Shown in pieces: positions 28,430-41,300 of a DNA stretch of 64,000 nt. Under the pieces are notes generated by a model. That model did no database searches. It saw nothing but the letters and a program-made list of their open reading frames with translations, and was not told where the DNA came from. The stretch comes from Yuukianura sp. NJ FZ-2021. Its lineage: Eukaryota. Numbering within the stretch: position 1 is the first letter of the stretch; each line of letters opens with the position of its first letter. The DNA is taken from positions 62,001-126,000 of the forward strand of contig CM102283.1 of assembly GCA_046563655.1 (NCBI GenBank), written 5' to 3'. Both the position numbers and the translations under genes were made by a program.

Positions 28430-30128
28430 ATTTTGTTCATTAATAACTCCCCAAAAAGTCATTCTGAGCTATCTGAGAACTGAAAATTGCACTCCGATAT
28501 TTTGCTTCTGAAAGCCCATCTGAAGTCAACCAATCTCAATTTTTGTCCAAAAAATTAATTTTGTTCATTGAAAACTCCCCAAAAAGTCATTCTGAGCTAT
28601 CTGAGAACTGAAAATTGCACTCCGATATTTTGCCTCGGAAAGCCCATCTGAAGTGAACTAAGCTCAATTTTTGTCAAAAAATTCATTTTTTTCATTCAAA
28701 ACTCCCCAAAAAGACGTTCTGAGCTATCTGAGAACTGAAAATTGCACTCCGATATTTTGCCTCGGAAAGCCCATCTGAAGTGAACCAAGCTCAATTTTTG
28801 TCAAAAAATTCATTTTTTTCATTCAAAACTCCCCAAAAAGTCATTCTGAGCTATCTGAGAACTGAAAATTGCACTCCGATATTTTGCTTCTGAAAGCCCA
28901 TCTGAAGTGAACTAAGCTCAATTTTTGTCCAAAAAATCAATTTTGTTCATTGAAAACTCCCCAAAAAGTCATTCTGAGCTATCTGAGAACTGAAAATTGC
29001 ACTCCGATATTTTGCATCGGAAAGCCCATCTGAAGTGAACCAAGCTCAATTTTTGTCAAAAAATTCATTTTTTCATTCAAAACTACCCAAAAAGTCATTC
29101 TGAGCTATCTGAGAACTGAAAATTGCACTCCGATATTTTGCTTCTGAAAGCCCATCTGAAGTGAACCAATCTCACTTTTTGTCAAAAAATTCATTTTTTT
29201 CATTCAAAACTCCCCATAAAGTCATTCTGAGCTATCTGAGAACTGAAAATTGCACTCCGATATTTTGCTTCTGAAAGCCCATCTGAAGTCAACCGATCTC
29301 AATTTTTGTCCAAAAAATCAATTTTGTTCATTAATAACTCCCCAAAAAGTCATTCTGAGCTATCTGAGAACTGAAAATTGCACTCCGATATTTTGCTTCT
29401 GAAAGCCCATCTGAAGTCAACGAATCTCAATTTTTGTCCAAAAAATCAATTTTGTTCATTGAAAACTCCCCAAAAAGTCATTCTGAGCTATCTGAGAACT
29501 GAAAATTGCACTCCGATATTTTGCGTCGGAAAGCACATCTGAAGTAAACCTAGCTCAATTTTGTCAAAAAATTCATTTTTTTTATTCAAAACTCCCCAAA
29601 AAGTCATTCTGAGCTATATGAGAACTGAAAATTGCACTCCGATATTTTGCTTCTGAAAGCCCATCTGAAGTCAACGAATCTCAATTTTTGTCCAAAAAAT
29701 CAATTTTGTTCATTGAAAACTCCCCAAAAAGTCATTCTGAGCTATCTGAGAACTGAAAATTGCACTCCGATATTTTGCTTCTGAAAGCCCATCTGAAGTC
29801 AACCAAGCTCAATTTTTGTCAAAAAATCAATTTTGTTCATTGAAAACTCCCCAAAAAGTCATTCTGAGCTATCTGAGAACTGAAAATTGCACTCCGATAT
29901 TTTGCTTCTGAAAGCCCATCTGAAGTTAACGAATCTCAATTTTTGTCAAAAAAATCAATTTTGTTCATTGAAAACTCCCCAAAAAGTCACTCTGAGCTAT
30001 CTGAGAACTGAAAATTGCACTCCGATATTTTGCTTCTGAAAGCCCATCTGAAGTCAACCAATCTCAATTTTTGTCCAAAAAATCAATTTTGTTCAATGAA
30101 AACTCCCCAAAACGTCATTCTGAGCTAT
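28430..30128. repeat. 127-bp satellite (block 4)
   Basis: Monomer repeats between the SINE and LINE copy 3. Confidence 0.98.
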
Positions 30129-32325
30129 TATTATTATTATTATTATTATTTCGTTTATTTATCCCATTCCAGATAGGTTTTTCAAAACAAACGTTGTGAA
30201 GAGTTAACTTAGAATACAATTAAGTTCTTAGCCTTAAGTGGATTGAAATTGAAAGTCATTTGCAATTGTGTAGGGAATTTTTTGTATAGAATAGTTAAGA
30301 ACTCCGAAGTTTGCTTACTAAAAGCCCATCTGAAATGATTAAAATACTTAAAGTAAAGGTTGAAATGAAATTGACACCTAAATGAATTTTTTTCTTCGGA
30401 ATTGCATCTTTCTCATTTGGCTTGGACTTCCTTTTCTTGGGAACTGATAGAAGGTGTTCACGGAGTGCTTTTTGAATTTGTTTCTGAGTGTGACATCTGC
30501 AATCTCCTCAGGTAAACGAAACCATAGTTTTGACGCCCTGGATTTGAATGAACGAGGGTGCAGGATTTTGGAATATGCTCCGGACCGAGTTGTGATTCTG
30601 TACCTCCTGCATTTTGACAAAAAATATTGCGACTCCGAAGTATGGGGGCACTGAGATCGTTGAATGTCATATGCCAGCATGAGTGCTTTGAATTCGTGTA
30701 GTTGATTTGGGAAAAGCCATTTCAGTTCTTTAGTCGTTTGGAGTTTGAAACTTGTCTCGAATTTCTTCTTTTTGAGTGTGAAGCGGCTAGCGCTTCGGAT
30801 TACTTTTTCGAAATTCTTCAATGATTTTTTAGAAGTTCCCAAATTTCAGACATGTAAGAAATTTTCGAAAGTACGTAAGACATCATTAGTACTCTACGAT
30901 TTTGCATCGAAAGTATATCCTGCATTGGGTATAAAGAGACAATCACATGGAAGCATTTTCTGTAAGTAGCACTTATGTGATTATCCCAACTGAGTCCGTC
31001 ATCTATGCTTCTGAAAGTCCCATGCTGAAGTCAATGGAATCTTTTAGTTTTCAAATAATTACAATTTTGTTCGATTGAGAATTCCAAGCCATCCGCAAAT
31101 TTTTTGATGTCATTGGTTTTGCGACGATCATGATGCTGGTTTTTTCTGGGTGTAATGTAAATTTGATATTTTGACATCCATTCCGCGATCTGAATGATGA
31201 GCAGGTCTCCACTTTTCGTTTAAAATCATTGATGTTGTGGGATCCCCTTTAACAACTAATGTATTGTCATCTGCGAAAAGGGCAACTGAAAATTCTTCGA
31301 TACTTTTGCATAAATTCTACCAGAAGATCGTTGATCATTAGTGCGAACAATATGGGGACAGAATTCCTCCTTGCGGTGTACCTCTTGTAGTGAAACGTAT
31401 TCTGGATGCGTTACCGTTGGATGATACTCCCAAAAACTGTCCACGTTCACTAAGGTATCTGAGAACTGAAACCATCTGACGGAATCTCATACCGATTTCA
31501 GCTTTTCCAATAGAATTTCTCGATCTACGGTGTCAAATGCTTTTCGCAGATCTAAAGCTATCACAGCGCTGATTTTATTTGATTGGAAGTTGGAATAGAG
31601 GTGATCGGTTAGGGCTATTTGGGCATGCGTAGTTGAGTGACCTTCACGGAATCCAAATTGATTGCAGTGAATAATGTTGTTTCTTTTGACGTGTTTTGTT
31701 AGTTTTTGAAAGACAATTCGTTCCATTATCTTCGAAAATACTGGCAAGATCGAGATGGGTCTGAGATCGTTAGGTGAGGTGGGGGTGTTGCACTTTGGAA
31801 TTGGGATCACTTTTGCTAACTTGAGACAGATCGGGATTTGTGACTCGCTAAAACTAGAGTTGATGACATCTGAAATACTTTCACTGAAATTTGGAGCGTA
31901 AATGCACAAGTCAATCATTTTTGGGGCGATTCCGGTTGCGTCTTCGGTTTTTGATTCTTTTTTCTTCATAATTTTCCAGGCTTCTCTACTTCTGTGCATC
32001 AGTGCTTAATTCCAGTTTTTGGTATTTTGGAAGATTGCTTGAAGTTTTTTGAACGAATAACTTCACCTTCGTGTATCTTGGAACTAATTTCAATGAGAAA
32101 ATCGTTTATTTTGTTTGCTTCTAAGTCGAGTTCTGAGGGAGATCTTTTTCTTGAATGTGCAGAAATTTTGTACTGTCTGGTGTATTCCTGCCTTTGCTAT
32201 CGTTGCATTAAATGTGTTCTTTGTGTCACAATTGATTGCATATCGTAATTGCTTCTTCATTTCTTTTAGTTGAAGGATTACCTGATCTGTCTTTATTTTT
32301 GCACTGAGAAGTTTCTTTCGATGGT
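30129..32325 (-). mobile_element. CR1-group LINE, 5'-truncated, copy 3, with (TAA)n tail; many indels
   Basis: Same sequence and 3' junction as copy 2 and same 5' junction as copy 1. (TAT)8 at 30126-30150; RT fragment ORF 31487-31999; many short insertions that match satellite motifs. Confidence 0.93.
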
Positions 32326-35300
32326 ATTGCACTCCGATATTTTGCTTCTGAAAGCCCATCTGAAGTCAACCGATCTCAATTTTTGTCCAAAAAATCAATT
32401 TTGTTCATTGAAAACTCCCCAAAAAGTCATTCTGAGCTATCTGAGAACTGAAAATTGCACTCCGATATTTTGCTTCTGAAAGCCCATCTGAAGTCAACCA
32501 ATCTCAATTTTTGTCCAAAAAATCAATTTTGTTCATTGAAAACTCCCCAAAAAGTCATTCTGAGCTATCTGAGAACTGAAAATTGCACTCCGATATTTTG
32601 CATCGGAAAGCCAATCTGAAGTGAACCAATCTCAATTTTTGTCAAAAAATTCACTTGTTTTCATTCAAAACTCCCCAAAAAGTCATTATGAGCTATCTGA
32701 GAACTGAAAATTGCACTCCGATATTTTGCTTCTGAAAGCCCATCTGAAGTGTACAAAGCTCAAGTTTTCTAAAAAAAAAAATCCATTTTTTTTCATTCAA
32801 AACTCCCCAAAAAGTCATTCTGAGCTATCTGAGAACTGAAAATTGCACTCCGATATTTTGCCTCGGAAAGCCCATCTGAAGTAAACCAAGCTCAATTTTG
32901 TCAAAAAATTCATTTTTTTCATTCAAAACTCCCCAAAAAGTCATTCTGAGCTATCTGAGAACTGAAAATTGCACTCCGATATTTTGCTTCTGAAAGCCCA
33001 TCTGAAGTCAACCGATCTCAATTTTTGTCCAAAAAATCAATTTTGTTCATTGAAAACTCCCCAAAAAGTCATTCTGAGCTATCTGAGAACTGAAAATTGC
33101 ACTCCGATATTTTGCCTCGGAAAGCCCATCTGAAGTCAACCAATCTCAATTTTTGTCAAAAAATTCAATTTTTTTCATTCAAAACTCCCCAAAAAGTCAT
33201 TCTGAGCTATCTGAGAACTGAAAATTGCACTCCGATATTTTGCTTCTGAAAGCCCATCTGAAGTCAACGAATCTCAATTTTTGTCAAAAAAGTCAATTTT
33301 GTTCATTGAAAACTCCCCAAAAAGTCATTCTGAGCTATCTGAGAACTGAAAATTGCACTCCGTAATTTTGCTTCTGAAAGCCCATCTGAAGTGAACCAAG
33401 CTCAATTTTGTCAAAAAATTCATTTTTTTCATTCAAAACTCCCCAAAAAGTCATTCTGAGCTATCTGAGAACTGAAAATTGCACTCCGATATTTTGCTTC
33501 GGAAAGCCCATCTGAAGTGAACCAATCTCAATTTTTGTCAAAAAATCAATTTTTTTCATTCAAAACTCCCCAAAAAGTCATTCTGAGCTATCTGAGAACT
33601 GAAAATTGCACTCCGATATTTTGCCTCGGAAAGCCCATCTGAAGCGAACCAAGCTCAATTTTTGTCAAAAAATTCATTTTTTTCATTCAAAACTCCCCAA
33701 AAAGTCATTCTGAGCTATCTGAGAACTGAAAATTGCACTCCGATATTTTGCTTCTGAAAGCCCATCTGAAGTCAACCGATCTCAATTTTTGTCCAAAAAA
33801 TCAATTTTGTTCATTAATAACTCCCCAAAAAGTCATTCTGAGCTATCTGAGAACTGAAGATAGCACTCCGTAATTTTGCTTCTGAAAACCCATCTGAAGT
33901 GAACCAAGCTCAATTTTGTCAAAAAATTCATTTTTTTCATTCAAAACTCCCCAAAAAGTCATTCTGAGCTATCTGAGAACTGAAAATTGCACTCCGATAT
34001 TTTGCTTCTGAAAGCCCATCTGAAGTCAACCAATCTCAATTTTTGTCCAAAAAATCAATTTTGTTCATTGAAAACTCCCCAAAAAGTCATTCTGAGCTAT
34101 CTGAGAACTGAAAATTGCACTCCGATATTTTGCTTCTGAAAGCCCATCTGAAGTCAACGAATCTCAATTTTTGTCCAAAAAATCAATTTTGTTCATTGAA
34201 AACTCCCCAAAAAGTCATTCTGAGCTATCTGAGAACTGAAAATTGCACTCCGATATTTTGCTTCTGAAAGCCCATCTGAAGTCAACGAATCTCAATTTTT
34301 GTCCAAATAATCAATTTTTTTCATTCAAAACTCCCCAAAAAGTCATTCTGAGCTATCTGAGAACTGAAAATTGCACTCCGATATTTTGCTTCTGAAAGCC
34401 CATCTGAAGTCAACGAATCTCAATTTTTGTCAAAAAATCCATTTTTTTCATTGAAAACTCCCCAAAAAGTCATTCTGAGCTATCTGAGAACTGAAAATTG
34501 CACTCCGATATTTTGCTTCTGAAAGCCCATCTGAAGTCAACCAATCTCAATTTTTGTCCAAAAAATCAATTTTGTTCATTGAAAACTCCCCAAAAAGTCA
34601 TTCTGAGCTATCTGAGAACTGAAAATTGCACTCCGATATTTTGCTTCTGAAAGCCCATCTGAAGTCAACGAATCTCAATTTTTGTCCAAATAATCAATTT
34701 TGTTCATTGAAAACTCCCCAAAAAGTCATTCTGAGCTATCTGAGAACTGAAAATTGCACTCCGATATTTTGCTTCTGAAAGCCCATCTGAAGTGAACCAA
34801 GCTCAATTTTTGTCAAAAAATTCATTTTTTTCATTCAAAACTCCCCAAAAAGTCATTCTGAGCTATCTGAGAACTGAAAATTGCACTCCGATATTTTGCT
34901 TCTGAAAGCCCATCTGAAGTCAACCAATCTCAATTTTTGTCAAAAAATCCATTTTTTTCATTGAAAACTCCCCAAAAAGTCATTCTGAGCTATCTGAGAA
35001 CTGAAAATTGCACTCCGATATTTTGCTTCTGAAAGCCCATCTGAACTCAACCGATCTCAATTTTTGTCCAAAAAATCAATTCTGTTCATTGAAAACTCCC
35101 CAAAAAGTCATTCTGAGCTATCTGAGAACTGAAAATTGCACTCCGATATTTTGCCTCGGAAAGCCCATCTGAAGTGAACCAATCTCAATTTTTGTCAAAA
35201 AATCCATTTTTTTCATTGAAAACTCCCCAAAAAGTCATTCTGAGCTATCTGAGAACTGAAAATTGCACTCCGATATTTTGCTTCTGAAAGCCCATCTGAA

Positions 35301-38300
35301 GTCAACGAATCTCAATTTTTGTCCAAAAAATCAATTTTGTTCATTGAAAACTCCCCAAAAAGTCATTCTGAGCTATCTGAGAACTGAAAATTGCACTCCG
35401 ATATTTTGCTTCTGAAAGCCCATCTGAAGTCAACGAATCTCAATTTTTGTCCAAAAAATCAATTTTGTTCATTGAAAACTCCCCAAAAAGTCATTCTGAG
35501 CTATCTGAGAACTGAAAATTGCACTCCGATATTTTGCTTCTGAAAGCCCATCTGAAGTCAACGAATCTCAATTTTTGTCCAAAAAATCAATTTTGTTCAT
35601 TGAAAACTCCCCAAAAAGTCATTCTGAGCTATCTGAGAACTGAAAATTGCACTCCGATATTTTGCTTCTGAAAGCCCATCTGAAGTCAACCGATCTCAAT
35701 TTTTGTCCAAAAAATCAATTTTGTTCATTAATAACTCCCCAAAAAGTCATTCTGAGCTATCTGAGAACTGAAGATAGCACTCCGTAATTTTGCTTCTGAA
35801 AACCCATCTGAAGTGAACCAAGCTCAATTTTGTCAAAAAATTCATTTTTTTTCATTCAAAACTCCCCAAAAAGTCATTCTGAGCTATCTGAGAACTGAAA
35901 ATTGCACTCCGATATTTTGCTTCTGAAAGCCCATCTGAAGTCAACGAATCTCAATTTTTGTCCAAATAATCAATTTTGTTCATTGAAAACTCCCCAAAAA
36001 GTCATTCTGAGCTATCTGAGAACTGAAAATTGCACTCCGATATTTTGCTTCTGAAAGCCCATCTGAAGTCAACGAATCTCAATTTTTGTCAAAAAATCCA
36101 TTTTTTTCATTGAAAACTCCCCAAAAAGTCATTCTGAGCTATCTGAGAACTGAAAATTGCACTCCGATATTTTGCTTCTGAAAGCCCATCTGAAGTCAAC
36201 CAATCTCAATTTTTGTCCAAAAAATCAATTTTGTTCATTGAAAACTCCCCAAAAAGTCATTCTGAGCTATCTGAGAACTGAAAATTGCACTCCGATATTT
36301 TGCTTCTGAAAGCCCATCTGAAGTCAACGAATCTCAATTTTTGTCCAAAAAATCAATTTTGTTCATTGAAAACTCCCCAAAAAGTCATTCTGAGCTATCT
36401 GAGAACTGAAAATTGCACTCCGATATTTTGCTTCTGAAAGCCCATCTGAAGTCAACGAATCTCAATTTTTGTCCAAATAATCAATTTTGTTCATTGAAAA
36501 CTCCCCAAAAAGTCATTCTGAGCTATCTGAGAACTGAAAATTGCACTCCGATATTTTGCTTCTGAAAGCCCATCTGAAGTGAACCAAGCTCAATTTTTGT
36601 CAAAAAATCAATTTTGTTCATTGAAAACTCCCCAAAAAGTCATTCTGAGCTATCTGAGAACTGAAAATTGCACTCCGATATTTTGCTTCTGAAAGCCCAT
36701 CTGAAGTCAACGAATCTCAATTTTTGTCCAAATAATCAATTTTGTTCATTGAAAACTCCCCAAAAAGTCATTCTGAGCTATCTGAGAACTGAAAATTGCA
36801 CTCCGATATTTTGCTTCTGAAAGCCCATCTGAAGTCAACGAATCTCAATTTTTGTCCAAAAAATCAATTTTGTTCATTGAAAACTCCCCAAAAAGTCATT
36901 CTGAGCTATCTGAGAACTGAAAATTGCACTCCGATATTTTGCTTCTGAAAGCCCATCTGAAGTGAACCAATCTCAATTTTTGTCCAAAAAATCAATTTTG
37001 TTCATTGAAAACTCCCCAAAAAGTCATTCTGAGCTATCTGAGAACTGAAAATTGCACTCCGATATTTTGCCTCGGAAAGCCCATCTGAAGTGAACCAAGC
37101 TCAATTTTTGTCCAAAAAATCAATTTTGTTCATTGAAAACTCCCCAAAAAGTCATTCTGAGCTATCTGAGAACTGAAAATTGCACTCCGATATTTTGCTT
37201 CTGAAAGCCCATCTGAAGTCAACGAATCTCAATTTTTGTCCAAATAATCAATTTTGTTCATTGAAAACTCCCCAAAAAGTCATTCTGAGCTATCTGAGAA
37301 CTGAAAATTGCACTCCGATATTTTGCCTCGGAAAGCCCATCTGAAGTGAACCAAGCTCAATTTTTGTCAAAAAATTCATTTTTTTCATTCAAAACTCCCC
37401 AAAAAGTCATTCTGAGCTATCTGAGAACTGAAAATTGCACTCCGATATTTTGCTTCTGAAAGCCCATCTGAAGTCAACCAATCTCAATTTTTGTCCAAAA
37501 AATCAATTTTGTTCATTGAAAACTCCCCAAAAAGTCATTCTGAGCTATCTGAGAACTGAAAATTGCACTCCGATATTTTGCTTCTGAAAGCCCATCTGAA
37601 GTGAACCAAGCTCAATTTTTGTCCAAAAAAATTCATTTTTTTCATTCAAAACTCCCCAAAAAGTCATTCTGAGCTATCTGAGAACTGAAAATTGCACTCC
37701 GATATTTTGCTTCTGAAAGCCCATCTGAAGTCAACCAATCTCAATTTTTGTCCAAAAAATCAATTTTGTTCATTGAAAACTCCCCAAAAAGTCATTCTGA
37801 GCTATCTGAGAACTGAAAATTGCACTCCGATATTTTGCTTCTGAAAGCCCATCTGAAGTGAACCAATCTCAATTTTTGTCCAAAAAATCAATTCTGTTCA
37901 TTAATAACTCCCCAAAAAGTCATTCTGAGCTATCTGAGAACTGAAAATTGCACTCCGATATTTTGCCTCGGAAAGCCCATCTGAAGTGAACCAAGCTCAA
38001 TTTTTGTCAAAAAATTCATTTTTTTCATTCAAAACTCCCCAAAAAGTCATTCTGAGCTATCTGAGAACTGAAAATTGCACTCCGATATTTTGCTTCGGAA
38101 AGCCCATCTGAAGTGAACCAATCTCAATTTTTGTCAAAAAATTAATTTTTTTTCATTGAAAACTCCCAATAAAGTCATTCTGAGCTATCTGAGAACTGAA
38201 AATTGCACTCCGATATTTTGCTTCTGAAAGCCCATCTGAAGTCAACCGATCTCAATTTTTGTAAAAAAATTCATTTTTTTCATTCAAAACTCCCCATAAA

Positions 38301-41300
38301 GTCATTCTGAGCTATCTGAGAACTGAAAATTGCACTCCGATATTTTGCTTCTGAAAGCCCATCTGAAGTCAACCAATCTCAATTTTTGTCCAAAAAATCA
38401 ATTTTGTTCATTGAAAACTCCCCAAAAAGTCATTCTGAGCTATCTGAGAACTGAAAATTGCACTCCGATATTTTGCTTCTGAAAGCCCATCTGAAGTTAA
38501 CGAATCTCAATTTTTGTCAAAAAAATCAATTTTGTTCATTGAAAACTCCCCAAAAAGTCATTCTGAGCTATCTGAGAACTGAAAATTGCACTCCGATATT
38601 TTGCTTCTGAAAGCCCATCTGAAGTCAACCAAGCTCAATTTTTGTCAAAAAATTCATTTTTTTTCATTGAAAACTCCCCAAAAAGTCATTCTGAGCTATC
38701 TGAGAACTGAAAATTGCACTCCGATATTTTGCTTCTGAAAGCCCATCTGAAGTCAACCAATCTCAATTTTTGTCCAAAAAATCAATTTTGTTCATTGAAA
38801 ACTCCCCAAAAAGTCATTCTGAGCTATCTGAGAACTGAAAATTGCACTCCGTAATTTTGGTTCGGAAAGCCCATCTGAAGTGAACTAAGCTCAATTTTTG
38901 TCCAAAAAATCAATTTTTTTCATTCAAAACTCCCCAAAAAGTCATTCTGAGCTATCTGAGATCTGAAAATTGCACTCCGATATTTTGCTTCTGAAAGCCC
39001 ATCTGAAGTCAACCAAGCTCAATTTTTGTCCAAAAAATTCATTTTTGTTCATTAATAACTCCCCAAAAAGTCATTCTGAGCTATCTGAGAACTGAAAATT
39101 GCACTCCGATATTTTGCTTCTGAAAGCCCATCTGAAGTCAACCAATCTCAATTTTTGTCCAAATAATCAATTTTTTTTCATTCAAAACTCCCCAAAAAGT
39201 CATTCTGAGCTATCTGAGAACTGAAAATTGCACTCCGATATTTTGCTTCTGAAAGCCCATCTGAAGTCAACGAATCTCAATTTTTGTCCAAATAATCAAT
39301 TTTGTTCATTGAAAACTCCCCAAAAAGTCATTCTGAGCTATCTGAGAACTGAAAATTGCACTCCGATATTTTGCTTCTGAAAGCCCATCTGAAGTCAACG
39401 AATCTCAATTTTTGTCCAAAAAATTAATTTTGTTCATTGAAAACTCCCCAAAAAGTCATTCTGAGCTATCTGAGAACTGAAAATTGCACTCCGATATTTT
39501 GCTTCTGAAAGCCCATCTGAAGTCAACCAATCTCAATTTTTGTCCAAAAAATCAATTTTGTTTATTGAAAACTCCCCAAAAAGTCATTCTGAGCTATCTG
39601 AGAACTGAAAATTGCACTCCGATATTTTGCCTCGGAAAGCACATCTGAAGTGAACCAATCTCACTTTTTGTCAAAAAATCCATTTTTTTCATTGAAAACT
39701 CCCCAAAAAGTCATTCTGAGCTATCTGAGAACTGAAAATTGCACTCCGATATTTTGACTCGGAATGCCCATTTGAAGTCAACCAATCTCAATTTTTGTCA
39801 AAAAATTAATTTTTTTCATTCAAAACTCCCCAAAAAGTCATTCTGAGCTATCTGAGAACTGAAAATTGCACTCCGATATTTTGCTTCTGAAAGCCCATCT
39901 GAAGTCAACCAATCTCAATTTTTGTCCAAAAAATCAATTTTGTTCATTGAAAACTCCCCAAAAAGTCATTCTGAGCTATCTGAGAACTGAAAATTGCACT
40001 CCGATATTTTGCATCGGAAAGCCCATCTGAAGTGAACCAATCTCAATTTTTGTCAAAAAATCTAATTTTTTCATTGAAAACTCCCCAAAAAGTCATTCTG
40101 AGCTATCTGAGAACTGAAAATTGCACTCCGATATTTTGCTTCTGAAAGCCCATCTGAAGTCAACCGATCTCAATTTTTGTCAAAAAAATCAATTTTGTTC
40201 ATTGAAAACTCCCCAAAAAGTCATTCTGAGCTATCTGAGAACTGAAAATTGCACTCCGATATTTTGCTTCTGAAAGCCCATCTGAAGTCAACGAATCTCA
40301 ATTTTTGTCCAAATAATCAATTTTGTTCATTGAAAACTCCCCAAAAAGTCATTCTGAGCTATCTGAGAACTGAAAATTGCACTCCGATATTTTGCTTCTG
40401 AAAGCCCATCTGAAGTGAACCAATCTCAATTTTTGTCCAAAAAATCATTTTTGTTCATTGAAAACTCCCCAAAAAGTCATTCTGAGCTATCTGAGAACTG
40501 AAAATTGCACTCCGATATTTTGCTTCTGAAAGCCCATCTGAAGTCAACGAATCTCAATTTTTGTCCAAAAAATCAATTTTTTTCATTGAAAACTCCCCAA
40601 AAAGTCATTCTGAGCTATCTGAGAACTGAAAATTGCACTCCGATATTTTGCTTCTGAAAGCCCATCTGAAGTCAACGAATCTCAATTTTTGTCCAAAAAA
40701 TCAATTTTGTTCATTGAAAACTCCCCAAAAAGTCATTCTGAGCTATCTGAGAACTGAAAATTGCACTCCGATATTTTGCTTCTGAAAGCCCATCTGAAGT
40801 CAACGAATCTCAATTTTTGTCCAAATAATCAATTTTGTTCATTGAAAACTCCCCAAAAAGTCATTCTGAGCTATCTGAGAACTGAAAATTGCACTCCGAT
40901 ATTTTGCTTCTGAAAGCCCATCTGAAGTCTACGAATCTCAATTTTTGTCCAAAAAATCAATTTTGTTCATTGAAAACTCCCCAAAAAGTCATTCTGAGCT
41001 ATCTGAGAACTGAAAATTGCACTCCGATATTTTGCTTCTGAAAGCCCATCTGAAGTGAACCAATCTCAATTTTTGTCAAAAAATTCATTTTTTTCATTCA
41101 AAACTCCCCAAAAAGTCATTCTGAGCTATCTGAGAACTGAAAATTGCACTCCGATATTTTGCTTCTGAAAGCCCATCTGAAGTCAACCAAGCTCAATTTT
41201 TGTCAAAAAATTCATTTTTTTTTATTCAAAACTCCCCAAAAAGTCATTCTGAGCTATCTGAGAACTGAAAATTGCACTCCGATATTTTGCTTCTGAAAGC

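Noticed and set aside
20689-32325. Sequence-specific targeting of the satellite by the LINE
   Set aside because: The shared 5' truncation point argues for duplication of one insertion rather than repeated targeting.
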